A stretch of 64,000 bases of DNA from contig OZ245777.1 of the NCBI GenBank assembly GCA_965227775.1, forward strand, positions 2,720,001 to 2,784,000, in the 5' to 3' direction. Within the stretch, counting starts at the first letter, position 1. Every line of letters starts with the position of its first letter. Made by a program: the position numbers and the translations under genes. Below the pieces are notes generated by a model, which worked only from the letters and a program-made list of their open reading frames with translations, had not been told where the DNA came from and searched no databases. Shown here one piece after another: positions 28,752 to 39,089 of the stretch. Source of the stretch: Phycisphaerales bacterium. Its GTDB lineage: Bacteria > Planctomycetota > Phycisphaerae > Phycisphaerales > UBA1924.

Positions 28752-29278
28752 ACGAGTGGATGGTCAGCGCCATCGCGTGGCTCAACTACGGGCTCACCGT
28801 TGGCCTCGTGCTCATTGGCGGGTTCTTCAGCGTGCTGGCCGCCGTCGGCCTGCTACGCATGCCCGACGTATACACCCGCATGCAGGCGGCCACCAAGGCG
28901 GGAACGCTTGGCGTCGGCTGCATGGTGCTCGCGGTCGCCACCCACTTCGTGAGCCTCGACGTCGTGCTCGAGGCGTTGCTGGTCATCGGTATGCTGTTCA
29001 TCACGGCTCCCATCGCCAGCCACCTGATCGCACGCGCGGCGTACTTTGTCGGCAGCCCACTCTGGGACGGCACCGCACACGACGAGATGCGCGGCTGCTA
29101 CGACGCGGATTCGCACATCCTCCACCAGAAGCCGGCCGACACCGACGACGAAACCAGCGACACGCGCCCGTCGCTCCTGGCCGGACGCACTTCCCGCGAA
29201 GTGCTGACCGATGAGGACGACGAGGACACCAGCCCCCGCGTCAAGCGTCGCAGCCAGTCGCGCTCGCAGGCCGGCTGA
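28748..29278 (+). CDS. mrpG: Mrp antiporter subunit G
   Basis: GLLRMPDVYTRMQAATKAGTLG, TAPIASHLIARAAY. Confidence 0.92.
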   Translation: MNEWMVSAIAWLNYGLTVGLVLIGGFFSVLAAVGLLRMPDVYTRMQAATKAGTLGVGCMVLAVATHFVSLDVVLEALLVIGMLFITAPIASHLIARAAYFVGSPLWDGTAHDEMRGCYDADSHILHQKPADTDDETSDTRPSLLAGRTSREVLTDEDDEDTSPRVKRRSQSRSQAG

Positions 29279-29317
29279 CCCGTGCCACTGCGCCCGTCTG
29301 CCCACCTACCCTGACCG

Positions 29318-29854
29318 ATGGCAGCACCGGCAACCCCGAACCCGAAGTCGCCCCCGGGCCAGCCGCTCGTCGGCGTCATCATGGGCTCGACGAGTGACTG
29401 GGACACGATGGCCCACGCAGCTGCATCGCTCGCAGACCTTGGTGTTGCCTTCGAGTGCAAGGTCGTCTCGGCCCACCGCACACCCGACTTGCTCTTTGAG
29501 TACGCAAGCAGCGCGAAAGACCGCGGCCTGATGGTCATCATCGCCGGTGCCGGTGGCGCGGCCCACCTTCCCGGCATGTGCGCCAGCAAGACGTCGCTGC
29601 CTGTGCTCGGTGTGCCCGTACAAAGCAAGGCGTTGAGCGGAATCGACTCACTGCTCTCAATCGCGCAGATGCCCGGCGGCGTACCTGTCGGAACGCTCGC
29701 CATCGGCACGGCAGGCGCCCGAAACGCCGGCATCCTGGCGGCCCAGATTGTCGCGCTATCGAACCCAGGCGTGGCCGAGACGATCGACGCGTTCCGAACG
29801 AAGCAGACCGGCACCGTCCTTGATGCGAAGCTCCCGCCGGAGAGCGGCGCGTGA
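29318..29854 (+). CDS. purE: N5-CAIR mutase
   Basis: [33 protein letters not shown]. Confidence 0.96.
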   Translation: MAAPATPNPKSPPGQPLVGVIMGSTSDWDTMAHAAASLADLGVAFECKVVSAHRTPDLLFEYASSAKDRGLMVIIAGAGGAAHLPGMCASKTSLPVLGVPVQSKALSGIDSLLSIAQMPGGVPVGTLAIGTAGARNAGILAAQIVALSNPGVAETIDAFRTKQTGTVLDAKLPPESGA

Positions 29855-30939
29855 GGCTGGGCATCCTCGGGGGCGGCCAGCTTGCACGCATGATGTCGAT
29901 CGCGGCCGCTCCCCTGGGCGTCCGTGTGCGAACCTACGACCCCAGCCCGGACGCGTGCGCGGGGGATGTGTGCGAGCTCATCGTCGGTGAGTACGACGAC
30001 GCCAAGGCCCTGCAACGGTTCGCCGACGGGCTCGATGCCGTCACCTACGAGTTCGAGAACGTGCCTACCATCGCCGCGGAAACGCTGACCCCGCTCGTTC
30101 GGGTGCGGCCGGGCATCGAGAGCCTGCGAATCTCGCAAGACCGCGGGCTCGAGAAGCACGCCCTGATCGCCGCGGGCTTCGAGGTCGCACCCTGGTCGCC
30201 CGTTGACTCGCTCGATGCGCTCCGGGAAGCCGTGGAGACCATCGGCACGCCTGCCATCCTGAAGACCCGGCGGGGCGGATACGACGGCAAGGGGCAAGCC
30301 ATCATCGCCGACGTCGCCGACCTGCCGCGCGCGTGGTCAGCCATCGACGAACGGCCCGCAGTGCTCGAGAAGATGCTGCGGTTTGATCGCGAGCTTTCGC
30401 TGGTTGCCACACGCGGCGTCGAGGATTCTGCGGCCTACTACCCGCTCGTCGAGAACGCGCATCGCCAGGGAATCCTGCGCGTGACCGTCGCGCCGGCCAC
30501 GGGCGTAACCGAGGCCATTGATGCTGAGGCGCAAGCGATGGCCCGAACGCTGATGACGTCGCTCGACCACATCGGTGTGCTCACGATCGAGCTCTTCGAA
30601 GTCGACGGCCGCCTGATCGCAAACGAGTTCGCCCCGCGTGTGCACAACAGCGGCCACTGGACGATCGACGGAGCCGCGACGAGCCAGTTCGAGAACCATG
30701 TCCGGGCCGTCATGGGCCTACCCCTGGGGTCGACCGAGGTGCGCTGCCCCACCATGATGCTCAACTGCATCGGGCAATTACCGCACGTGCCGACCGTGCT
30801 GTCGTGCCCGGACTCGAAGTTGCACGACTACCGCAAGCAGCCGCGCCCCGGCCGGAAGGTCGCCCACGTCAACGTCTGCAACTGCACGGGCGATCGGACG
30901 GAAGAGCTCGCCAGCACATTCCGCATCGACCTGGGCTAG
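29851..30939 (+). CDS. purK: N5-CAIR synthase
   Basis: [48 protein letters not shown]. Confidence 0.95.
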   Translation: MRLGILGGGQLARMMSIAAAPLGVRVRTYDPSPDACAGDVCELIVGEYDDAKALQRFADGLDAVTYEFENVPTIAAETLTPLVRVRPGIESLRISQDRGLEKHALIAAGFEVAPWSPVDSLDALREAVETIGTPAILKTRRGGYDGKGQAIIADVADLPRAWSAIDERPAVLEKMLRFDRELSLVATRGVEDSAAYYPLVENAHRQGILRVTVAPATGVTEAIDAEAQAMARTLMTSLDHIGVLTIELFEVDGRLIANEFAPRVHNSGHWTIDGAATSQFENHVRAVMGLPLGSTEVRCPTMMLNCIGQLPHVPTVLSCPDSKLHDYRKQPRPGRKVAHVNVCNCTGDRTEELASTFRIDLG

Positions 30940-31520
30940 AAACTGAGCAAGAGTGTCGAGATCTGGATCGCCGGCTTCTCGCGCATCTCGAACATGTCGT
31001 AACCACCCTCCGCGTCGTCGCCCGCGTGCCGAACGACCAACGAGGCAACGTGGCGTTTCTCGCAGGGGCAGCCAATCCAGAGCCAGCCATCCCGCCGGAT
31101 CCACTCGCAGATGCCGGGCGATCGCTCTGGCACGCGAAGCTCACGAACATCGTCGGGCAATCCCGTCCCCATCGCCTTTGCCAGCGCTTCCTTTCGGGTC
31201 CACAGGTCGAGCAGTGACCGCGGATCCTGCGGCGGCGAGTCACTCACGAGCGAGGCCATGTCGGCGAGCTCACTCCAAGGGCGTAGCGGCTCGACGTCTA
31301 TGCCGATCGCCGCGAAGTCACTCACGGCGCACATCGCCAGTCCGTCCGCCCGGGATAGCGAGACGGACAGACCATCAACAATGGGAGCCCGGCCCTCGTT
31401 GTGCACAACGGGACGCTCCTCGCCCGCCTCAAGCTCGACGGCCTGTCGCAGCAGGTCTCGGGCCGAATTCGGCTTGGCCCGCTGCTCCGGCGCTCGCTGC
31501 GACCACACAGACACTCGCAT
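30936..31520 (-). CDS. Sfp-type 4'-phosphopantetheinyl transferase
   Basis: VSLSRA, IGIDVE, WTRKEALAKAMGTGL; TGATG overlap with the upstream gene. Confidence 0.8.
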   Translation of the reverse strand: MRVSVWSQRAPEQRAKPNSARDLLRQAVELEAGEERPVVHNEGRAPIVDGLSVSLSRADGLAMCAVSDFAAIGIDVEPLRPWSELADMASLVSDSPPQDPRSLLDLWTRKEALAKAMGTGLPDDVRELRVPERSPGICEWIRRDGWLWIGCPCEKRHVASLVVRHAGDDAEGGYDMFEMREKPAIQISTLLLSF

Positions 31521-32545
31521 CAATCGATCCAGAACTGGACTTCGCGGACCCTCTCGCCCTCGGAAACGACCTTTGAGATCGGACGGAGGTAGTTATTGCG
31601 CTGATCCAGCGCGCCGGTTCCCGGGTCTTTGCCCGTCGCCTTCGCGGTGCCGCGACCGTCCTGCCCGGCGACCACCGCGAGATGTTCGTCCGTTGGCGCG
31701 CGGGTGTCGTCATGTTCGGCGTGGAACACGTTGTCCGCTCGGCCGCGGTCGAACTCGTTCTCAATGTCCTTGAACGTCCAGATCAGAGTCTCGGGATCGG
31801 GCTGCTGGAAAAACTCGACGTGCAGGTCGTTGAAGGCAACGTGTCCCGCCCATGCGTCCTTACCTTCGTAGAACTTCAGCGTATTGGACCCGTCGCCGAA
31901 TGGGCTGCTTTCTACGAGCTTCCACTGCCCGTCTTCAAGCGTGTACGCCGGCCCGCGATTGCCCCACACGGCTTCGACGGCGGAGAACGTGTTGCTCCAC
32001 AACGGTCTTCGAGCGCCGTTGAGCATCGCGTGGGCGTACGAGTTGTGCCCCACCGCACCGGCCTCTCCACCAACCTTGCCGCCCCACTCGTCGAGGGGGG
32101 TGCCACGAAACCTGGGGTCCCACATCGCCTTGTCGGGGTTGGTTGCGGCCTGCGGCTTCGCGACCTGATAGTCGTCAAAGACTTCGACGTTTCCAGTCTC
32201 GAATGGGCTCACAGTGAGTTCGGCCGGAAAATACCCGTTGAAGATGAGCATCGACAGGATGTTGCCCGTCGTGTCGAGGCGAAGATCGCGGCCCTGCAGA
32301 CCATCCGGGCGAGGCAGCGTCGCGCCGATGGCGTCGACGCGGCTTGGCACTGGATACTGATCGCGGTTGTTCGACCCCCAGATGGCGCACGCCTGCAGGA
32401 TCCCGCGAACGTGCATCGAGTCTCTGGTCTTGCGCGCCTCGTCGCGCGCTTCCTGCACCTGCGGCATGACCACCACCGCGCCAACGGAAAGCACCGCGGT
32501 GACGGCCCCGACCTCGATCAATGTGAATCCCCGTGCCTGTCGCAT
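31520..32545 (-). CDS. Prepilin-type (type IV pilin/T2SS pseudopilin-like) protein
   Basis: RGFTLIE cleavage/methylation motif, hydrophobic helix, AR..ARK, C-terminal GHVAFNDLHV. Confidence 0.8.
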   Translation of the reverse strand: MRQARGFTLIEVGAVTAVLSVGAVVVMPQVQEARDEARKTRDSMHVRGILQACAIWGSNNRDQYPVPSRVDAIGATLPRPDGLQGRDLRLDTTGNILSMLIFNGYFPAELTVSPFETGNVEVFDDYQVAKPQAATNPDKAMWDPRFRGTPLDEWGGKVGGEAGAVGHNSYAHAMLNGARRPLWSNTFSAVEAVWGNRGPAYTLEDGQWKLVESSPFGDGSNTLKFYEGKDAWAGHVAFNDLHVEFFQQPDPETLIWTFKDIENEFDRGRADNVFHAEHDDTRAPTDEHLAVVAGQDGRGTAKATGKDPGTGALDQRNNYLRPISKVVSEGERVREVQFWID

Positions 32546-32568
32546 GCGTTGCCTCCCGTGCCTTGTGA

Positions 32569-33615
32569 TCAGTCGATCCAGAACTCTGCCGAAATCTGAC
32601 CGTTCTCGCCGGGCAGGACCCTGCTGATCGGCCGCAGGTAGTTGTTCTGCTGATCGAGTGCGCCACTGCCAGCGGGAAGTCCGTCGCCCGAGATTAAGCC
32701 CCGGCCATCGGTACCCTGCGCGAGCTTGATTTGTTCGTCGATAAGCGCACGGCTGTGGTCATGTTCGGCGTGGAACAGGTTGTCGAAGGCCGATTGCTGG
32801 GTCGGGTCGGAGATGCCCGGGAAGGTCCACGTCAGCACCATCGGGTCGGGCCTGGTAAAAAAGTCCACGTGCTGGTCGTTGAACCCAACGTAACCAGACC
32901 ACTCGTTCTTTGCGCCGTGGATGAGCATGGTCGTCGAGCGCGAGCCGAAGTTGTTGCCCTGCACGGCTTCCCACTTATTCTTGTTCAGGGTGTACACGGG
33001 CCCACGGTTGCCGAGAACTGCCTGGGTCGAGTCAAACGTGTTGCTCCACATGAAGCTCCGATCGTCGAACCACGCCACCTGCGCGTAGGAGTTGTGGCCG
33101 GGATCGCCCACCGTGCCCGGAACACTGCCACCCCAATCGTCGATCGGCGTGCCGCGAAACGCCGGATCCCAGTACGCCCGGCTCGGGTTTTCTGCGGAGG
33201 TCGGGCTGGCAGCCTGAAAGTTCTCATGGACCTCGACGTTGCCCGCCTCGGCAGGGCTGACGGCAAGCTCGACGGGAAAGAAGCCGTTCCAGATCAGCAT
33301 CGAGAGCGTGTTGCCGGTGGTGTCGAGGCGGCGATCGGGGCCGTCAAGGTCTGCCGGCCGCGGCAGCGTGGCGCCCTCGAGATCGATCTCGCTGGGGGTG
33401 GGGTATCGCTCGTTGTTATTCTGGGCCCAGATGGCGGCGGCCTGGGTGATGCCACGGATCTGGGTCGCATCCTTGAGCCCACGACTGCCGGACGTGCCAG
33501 TCCGGAAGCCACTCACCAGAGGGAGCGCGACAAGCGTCAACAACACGACAACCCCCAATACGACGAGCACCTCGATGGCGGACAGGCCACGACGGGAGGC
33601 GAAGGGACGGCGCAT
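32569..33615 (-). CDS. Prepilin-type protein, tandem paralog of 31520-32545
   Basis: RRGLSAIEVLVV; shared blocks GATLPRP, RLDTTGN.LSMLI.NG, GHNSYA, GALDQ.NNYLRPIS, FWID. Confidence 0.8.
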   Translation of the reverse strand: MRRPFASRRGLSAIEVLVVLGVVVLLTLVALPLVSGFRTGTSGSRGLKDATQIRGITQAAAIWAQNNNERYPTPSEIDLEGATLPRPADLDGPDRRLDTTGNTLSMLIWNGFFPVELAVSPAEAGNVEVHENFQAASPTSAENPSRAYWDPAFRGTPIDDWGGSVPGTVGDPGHNSYAQVAWFDDRSFMWSNTFDSTQAVLGNRGPVYTLNKNKWEAVQGNNFGSRSTTMLIHGAKNEWSGYVGFNDQHVDFFTRPDPMVLTWTFPGISDPTQQSAFDNLFHAEHDHSRALIDEQIKLAQGTDGRGLISGDGLPAGSGALDQQNNYLRPISRVLPGENGQISAEFWID

Positions 33616-33771
33616 GGGGAGGCTCCTTCCAGATTGTGGGCGGGCAGGTTCTGATCCGCACGAACGTGGGACCGGATGAATACGGGTTTCTACGGAGCCG
33701 GACCCGATGCGGTTGCGATTTGAACCGGAAGGGGAACAAAGACCTACGTGTCACCCGTATACTTGGCCACA

Positions 33772-34794
33772 ATGGCCACAGCCGCGATGACGACCCGCCG
33801 AAACCGCCTGTTCCTAGCCCTCGCACTGCCCCTGCTCGCCGCCTCAACGCCGCTGGCAACCGCCAGCCAGGCGGGCGACCGGCAAGACCAAGCGTCGCGT
33901 GGCTACGCCTTCGAGCCGTCATGGGCGGCCGAATTCGGCGGCATCTACCACTTCACCCAGCCCAGCAAGGACGCCATGATGGGCTTCAGCCAGCCCAGCG
34001 AGGTGCGGTCCGTGCTGGTGAGCGTGGGCGACCGCGTGGAGAAGGGCGACGTTCTCGTGCGGGCACGCGACGGTGACATCCAGGCGGCTTACCGCCTCCA
34101 GCAGCGGCGGGCGGAGAATCGCTTTGAAATACTCGCGGCCCAGAACCGCGTGGATCTTGCCCAGATCGAATTCGACAACCAGCAGACAGCCCAGGATCAG
34201 GGCGGTGGCAGCACGCTCGAGTATGAGCGGGCCAGGGCCTCGCTCGAGAACGCCAAGATCGAGCTGGACACCGCCAACGAGCGGTTCATCGAGCAGGGCA
34301 TCATTCTGGAACGCCAGGAGGCGGACCTGGAGCGGTTTGCCATTACGGCCCAGTTCGACGGCATGGTGGCGGCCATCGAGGTGACGCCCGGCCAAGCGAT
34401 GCAAGACAGCGAGCCGGTGCTCCGGCTGGTGTCGATCGACCCGTTGCAGGTGAAGGTGCCCACGCCAACCAGCACCGTGCTTGCGGAGCAGCTCGAGCGG
34501 GGCGACAAGGCGTGGGTGGCGGTGAGCGTGGCCGGCGAGCCGAAGATGTTCGAGGGGACGATCACCGAGGTCAGCCCTGTGGCAGACTTTGGCTCGGACA
34601 AGGTCTGGGTGAAAGTGGAGATGCCCAACCCGGACCGGTTGCTCTCGGGCCTGCCCGCCTGGGTGCGATTCAGCGAGCCGACCGAGGGCTTCATGCGCAT
34701 CCTTGCGGAGCATGAGGCTGACGACGACACCCGCGCCGCCGCGGACGATGGGGAGCAGCTGGGCGAGCCCGCCCTGGCCGCCGACGCCGGCTGA
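33772..34794 (+). CDS. Periplasmic adaptor / membrane fusion protein (HlyD/RND MFP) with signal peptide
   Basis: Lipoyl-like halves VSVGDRVEKGDVL and ITAQFDGMV..PGQ around a coiled coil; NPDRLLSG. Confidence 0.85.
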   Translation: MATAAMTTRRNRLFLALALPLLAASTPLATASQAGDRQDQASRGYAFEPSWAAEFGGIYHFTQPSKDAMMGFSQPSEVRSVLVSVGDRVEKGDVLVRARDGDIQAAYRLQQRRAENRFEILAAQNRVDLAQIEFDNQQTAQDQGGGSTLEYERARASLENAKIELDTANERFIEQGIILERQEADLERFAITAQFDGMVAAIEVTPGQAMQDSEPVLRLVSIDPLQVKVPTPTSTVLAEQLERGDKAWVAVSVAGEPKMFEGTITEVSPVADFGSDKVWVKVEMPNPDRLLSGLPAWVRFSEPTEGFMRILAEHEADDDTRAAADDGEQLGEPALAADAG

Positions 34795-34888
34795 CCGGCT
34801 GCGCGGCCCAACCAGAACGAATCGAGCGTGCCCGGCCGTGCGAAACGGTCGGCTACGCGATTGACCCGTTGCCCCGAGAGGAGCGACC

Positions 34889-36895
34889 GTGACGGATATC
34901 TCCAATCTGAGGACACCGGCGTGGCGACGCGTGGTCGAGGAGCTCTCGGCCGAGTCGCCCAACGCCACGACGTTCCTGGCCCGGCTGTGCGGCGTGCTCA
35001 CGCGCGTGGCCAACGCCCGGCAGGGGTCGGTGGTCATCGTTTCGGCGAGCGACACGCAGGACCAGAGCCCCGACGAGCCGTCCATCGCCTATGCCGTTGC
35101 CGCTGGCGAGGCACGGGGCGGGCGACCTGCCGAGGCACGGCGTATCGACCCGAGCCAGGTCGAGCACGGCTCGTGGGTGCGATCTGCCGCAGCCGAGGCC
35201 GTGCGCGGCGGCGAGGCACGGGTGTTCGCGCTCAACGCCAACAGCTCGCCCATGTATGGCGCGGGCAATGAGGGCGGGGCGGTGATCGCCGGCCCGATCG
35301 ATCTGCCGCTGGGCGGCGGCCATAAGGCGGCCATCTGCCTGACGATCGAGCAACGGTCGCGCGAGGCAACGCAGACGACCATGGCGCTCGTCGAGGTCTT
35401 GTGCGGCTACGCGAAGCTGCACGCGGCGAGGCAGGAAGCGAAGGGGGCGTGGCAGTCCTCGGCGGCGCTCGACCTGGCTGGTCGCCTCATCGCGTCGATC
35501 AACGAGGCTTCGGGCTTTAAGGGCGCCTGCCTTCAGCTTGCCAACGACCTGTCGCGAGCGGCTTCGGCCGATCGTGCAGCTATTGGCTGGGTTCGCGGGC
35601 TCGGAGACTCGGGCGTGGTCCGCGTGCAGTCGCTCAGCGACACCGAGCACGTCGACCGCCGGCTGCACATGGTGCGCATGCTGCAGGCCGCGATGGAAGA
35701 GTGCTACGACCAGGCTCACGCCGTGGTCTACCCCGTGCCACAAGTGCGTCGGGACCCAAGCCAGACCGGTGACCAGACCGACCCCGAGCCTGCCGTCGAC
35801 CCAACGCTTGCGGGACAGGTCTCGCACGCCCATCGCCAGCTGGCGTCCTCCGATGCGCGCCTGAAGGTCGCCTCGCTGCCGATCCGCGCGGGTGAATGCG
35901 TCGTGGGTGTGGTGACCATCGAGCTCTCCGAAGAGGACCAGCTGGACACGGCAAAGCTCGAGCTGCTACAAGCGACGCTTGATCTGGTAGGCCCGGTGAT
36001 CGAGTTGCGCCGCAGCGACGACCGGCCGCTGCCGCAGCGTGCTTGGCACAGCGTCCTCAAGAGCGGCACGTGGCTGGTTGGCCCGCGGCACACGGCGTGG
36101 AAGGTCGCCGCGCTCGTCGCACTCACTCTGTTGATCGTCATTACGTTCGTCAAGATCCCGTACCGGATCGACGCGCAGGCCGAGCTACTGGCCGTGCACG
36201 AGCGTTCGATCGCGGCCCCGTTCGCGGGGATCATCGCGAGCGTACCCGACGGCATCCGGCCAGGCGTGCAGGTGGCCAAGGGCGATCTGCTCATGCAGCT
36301 GGACACGACGGAGCTGCGCGAGAGCCGGATCGATGCGCAGGCATCGGTCTCGGCGGCACGACGCGAGGCCGACGAGGCGCGCAAGGAGGGCAATCTGAGC
36401 TCGGCCGAGCAGGCCCTGGGTCGCCTCGAGCAGGAGCAGGCCCGGCTGCGATACATCGAGACGCAGATTGAACGCTCAACCATCGTGGCACCCATCGACG
36501 GCACCATCGTCTCGGGCGATCCGAGGCGGATGATCGGCTCGGCGATCAACATCGGTGAGCCCATGTTCCGCATTGCCAGCCTCGACCAGCTCGAGGTGGT
36601 CGCCCGCGTGCCCGACAACGACATCGGCTACGTCTCGCCCGAGAGCGTGGGCGGCTTTGCCACACGAGCACGGCCTGGCGAGCGATTCAAGTTCACGGCG
36701 AACAGCCTCGTGCCGATGGGCCAGCCCGACGAGGGCAGCAACGTGTTCGAGCTGCGCGGCACGCTGGACGATCCGCCTGGCTGGTTGCGGCCGGGCATGG
36801 AGGGCATCGCGTACATCGATACGGGCAACAAGCGGATCATCTGGGTGCTCAGTCGGCGATTGCTCGACACCGCCCGGCTGTGGCTGTGGTATTGA
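34889..36895 (+). CDS. GAF-like domain(s) + TM + HlyD-type MFP fusion
   Basis: GAF-like region (ADRAAIGWV...AAMEECYDQ...VASLPIR..VVGVVTIE); APFAGII, PGVQVAKGDLL, APIDGTIVSGD, LRPGMEG. Confidence 0.8.
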   Translation: MTDISNLRTPAWRRVVEELSAESPNATTFLARLCGVLTRVANARQGSVVIVSASDTQDQSPDEPSIAYAVAAGEARGGRPAEARRIDPSQVEHGSWVRSAAAEAVRGGEARVFALNANSSPMYGAGNEGGAVIAGPIDLPLGGGHKAAICLTIEQRSREATQTTMALVEVLCGYAKLHAARQEAKGAWQSSAALDLAGRLIASINEASGFKGACLQLANDLSRAASADRAAIGWVRGLGDSGVVRVQSLSDTEHVDRRLHMVRMLQAAMEECYDQAHAVVYPVPQVRRDPSQTGDQTDPEPAVDPTLAGQVSHAHRQLASSDARLKVASLPIRAGECVVGVVTIELSEEDQLDTAKLELLQATLDLVGPVIELRRSDDRPLPQRAWHSVLKSGTWLVGPRHTAWKVAALVALTLLIVITFVKIPYRIDAQAELLAVHERSIAAPFAGIIASVPDGIRPGVQVAKGDLLMQLDTTELRESRIDAQASVSAARREADEARKEGNLSSAEQALGRLEQEQARLRYIETQIERSTIVAPIDGTIVSGDPRRMIGSAINIGEPMFRIASLDQLEVVARVPDNDIGYVSPESVGGFATRARPGERFKFTANSLVPMGQPDEGSNVFELRGTLDDPPGWLRPGMEGIAYIDTGNKRIIWVLSRRLLDTARLWLWY

Positions 36896-36906
36896 GGTGA
36901 TCGCCC

Positions 36907-39087
36907 ATGAGTGAACGCCCGACCTTCAGCCCGATGTGGAGCCGCGTGCGCGCGATGAAGCCGCGCCTGCGCAGCCACACCCAGATCACCCGCCAGCACT
37001 ATCGCGGCCGACGTTGGCATGTGGTGCACGACCCGGCAAGCAACCAGTTCTACCGCCTTACGCCGATGGCGTACGAATTCGTGTGCCTGCTGGACGGCAA
37101 GCGCACGGTGGAAGAAACGTGGACGCTGTGCCTCGAGACGCACGGCGACGCGGCCCCGACGCAGGTCGAGACGGTCGAGCTGATTAGCCAGCTCTACAAC
37201 TCGAATCTGCTGAAGGCCGACGACACGCCCGAGACCGAGCAGTTGCTCACCAGGGCGCGCAAGCGGATCAAGAAGAAGGCCATCGGTCAAGCGATGGGCA
37301 TCATGTATTTCCGCATCCGGCTGTTCAATCCGGATTCGATTTTTACCGCGGTCGAGCCCATCATCCGGCCGTTGCTGAATCGCTGGGGGTTCATCGCCTG
37401 GTGCTTGCTGCTGCTCAGTGCGCTCGTCGCGCTCGCGAGCGAGGCTGGGGCGCTGTTCGATTCCCAGCGCTTCCAGGGCGCGATCGCGCCCGCGAACTGG
37501 CCGTGGCTGATCGTGGTGTTCATCGTCAGCAAGATCATTCACGAGAGCGGACACGGGCTCGTGTGCAAGCGGTTCGGAGGGCAGGTACCCGAGTTGGGGA
37601 TCATGATGCTCGTGATGTTCCCGGCGCCTTTTGTTGACGCGTCGAGCACGTGGGCATTTGCCAGCAAGTGGCAGCGGATGGCCGTGGGCGCGGCGGGCAT
37701 GATCTTCGAGCTCGCGGCGGCCTCGCTGGCGGCGTTCGTGTGGCTGGCGACGCTGGACACGGGCGGCGTGGTCAACCAGTTCGCATACAACGCGATGCTG
37801 ACGGCCAGCATCAGCACGATCCTGTTCAATGCCAACCCGCTGATGCGGTTCGACGGGTACTACATCCTCAGCGATCTCCTGGAAGCGCCCAACCTCATGC
37901 AACGGGCGCAGAACCTCATCAAGTTTCATTTTCAGAAGTACATGTACCGCATCAAGAACGCCAAGCCCCCCACCGTGCAAGTGGGTGAGCGGCCCTGGCT
38001 GATCGCCTATGGCTGGGCGGCGATGGTGTACCGCGTCTTCCTGTTCTTCTCGATCACGCTGTTCGTTATGGGGCAGATGTTTGGACTGGGCCTCGTGCTG
38101 GCCATCTGGACGGCGACGGTGTGGTTCGTTATGCCGCTGGGCAAGTGGACGCACTGGTTGGCGACGAATCCGCAAATCGCCGACAAGCGGTCGCGCGTTG
38201 TGCTCACGAGCATCGCGGCGGTGGGTCTCGCGGGCCTGCTGGTAGGTGCGGTGCCAATGCCCGACTACCGTCGCGCGAGCGCGGTGATCGAGAGCGAGCA
38301 GTTCACGGGCGTGTTCGCTGGCAGCGACGGTTTTGTTCAGGAGGTGCTCGTCACGCCCGGCCAATGGGTCGAGGAGGGGCAGGTCCTTGCGGTCGCAGAG
38401 AATCCCGAGCTGGTCGCGCAGCTCGATCGCACGATGGGCGCGTTCCGGGAGCTCGAGGCCCGCTTCCGCTCGGCGATGGCGCAGGACGTGCCCATCGGAG
38501 ACCTGATGACCGAGCGGCGCAGCGTGCTGCTTGAGCGGCTTGCGTTCTTGCAGGAGCGGGTGGATGGGCTGACCATGCGCGCGCCACACGCGGGATATGT
38601 CGCAGACGATCCGCGGAGGCTTGCGGGGCAGTACCTGCAGCAGGGAGCGCCGGTGTGCGCCGTGGTCGCCAGCGACGACATCCGCGTCGTTGCGTCGATG
38701 GACCAACGGCAGGCCGACTGGCTGCAGACGATGAGCTTCGAGGAGGACTTCTCTGCGGAGATCCGCCGGCGGACGCAGCCCGGCGTGGCGTTCGACGTGA
38801 CCGAGTTCGTGCGCCGCAGCGCGGGCGATCGCACGCTGCCGCACCCGGCCCTGGCCGACGTTGGTGGCGGCCAGGTGCAGACCGACCGCCGGCAGGGCCA
38901 ATCGCCCCAGGCAACGCGGCCGAGGTTCATCGTGGAAATGGAGGCCAACTTCGACGCCGACGGCGCGAGCGTGCCGCCGATGCCCGGCGAGCGCGTTGCC
39001 GTGCGATTCGAGCTGCCTCCGCGCCCGCTGCTGGGCCAGTGGGTCGATCGCCTGCGCCAGCTTGTCCAAGGACGGATCGATATCTGA
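36907..39087 (+). CDS. PqqD-like N-domain + M50 site-2 metalloprotease + MFP fusion
   Basis: HESGH (HExxH), NANPLMRFDGYY, multiple TMs; N-terminal HDPASNQFYRL...LDGKRT; C-terminal PGQWVEEGQVL, RAPHAG. Confidence 0.85.
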   Translation: MSERPTFSPMWSRVRAMKPRLRSHTQITRQHYRGRRWHVVHDPASNQFYRLTPMAYEFVCLLDGKRTVEETWTLCLETHGDAAPTQVETVELISQLYNSNLLKADDTPETEQLLTRARKRIKKKAIGQAMGIMYFRIRLFNPDSIFTAVEPIIRPLLNRWGFIAWCLLLLSALVALASEAGALFDSQRFQGAIAPANWPWLIVVFIVSKIIHESGHGLVCKRFGGQVPELGIMMLVMFPAPFVDASSTWAFASKWQRMAVGAAGMIFELAAASLAAFVWLATLDTGGVVNQFAYNAMLTASISTILFNANPLMRFDGYYILSDLLEAPNLMQRAQNLIKFHFQKYMYRIKNAKPPTVQVGERPWLIAYGWAAMVYRVFLFFSITLFVMGQMFGLGLVLAIWTATVWFVMPLGKWTHWLATNPQIADKRSRVVLTSIAAVGLAGLLVGAVPMPDYRRASAVIESEQFTGVFAGSDGFVQEVLVTPGQWVEEGQVLAVAENPELVAQLDRTMGAFRELEARFRSAMAQDVPIGDLMTERRSVLLERLAFLQERVDGLTMRAPHAGYVADDPRRLAGQYLQQGAPVCAVVASDDIRVVASMDQRQADWLQTMSFEEDFSAEIRRRTQPGVAFDVTEFVRRSAGDRTLPHPALADVGGGQVQTDRRQGQSPQATRPRFIVEMEANFDADGASVPPMPGERVAVRFELPPRPLLGQWVDRLRQLVQGRIDI

Positions 39088-39089
39088 GC

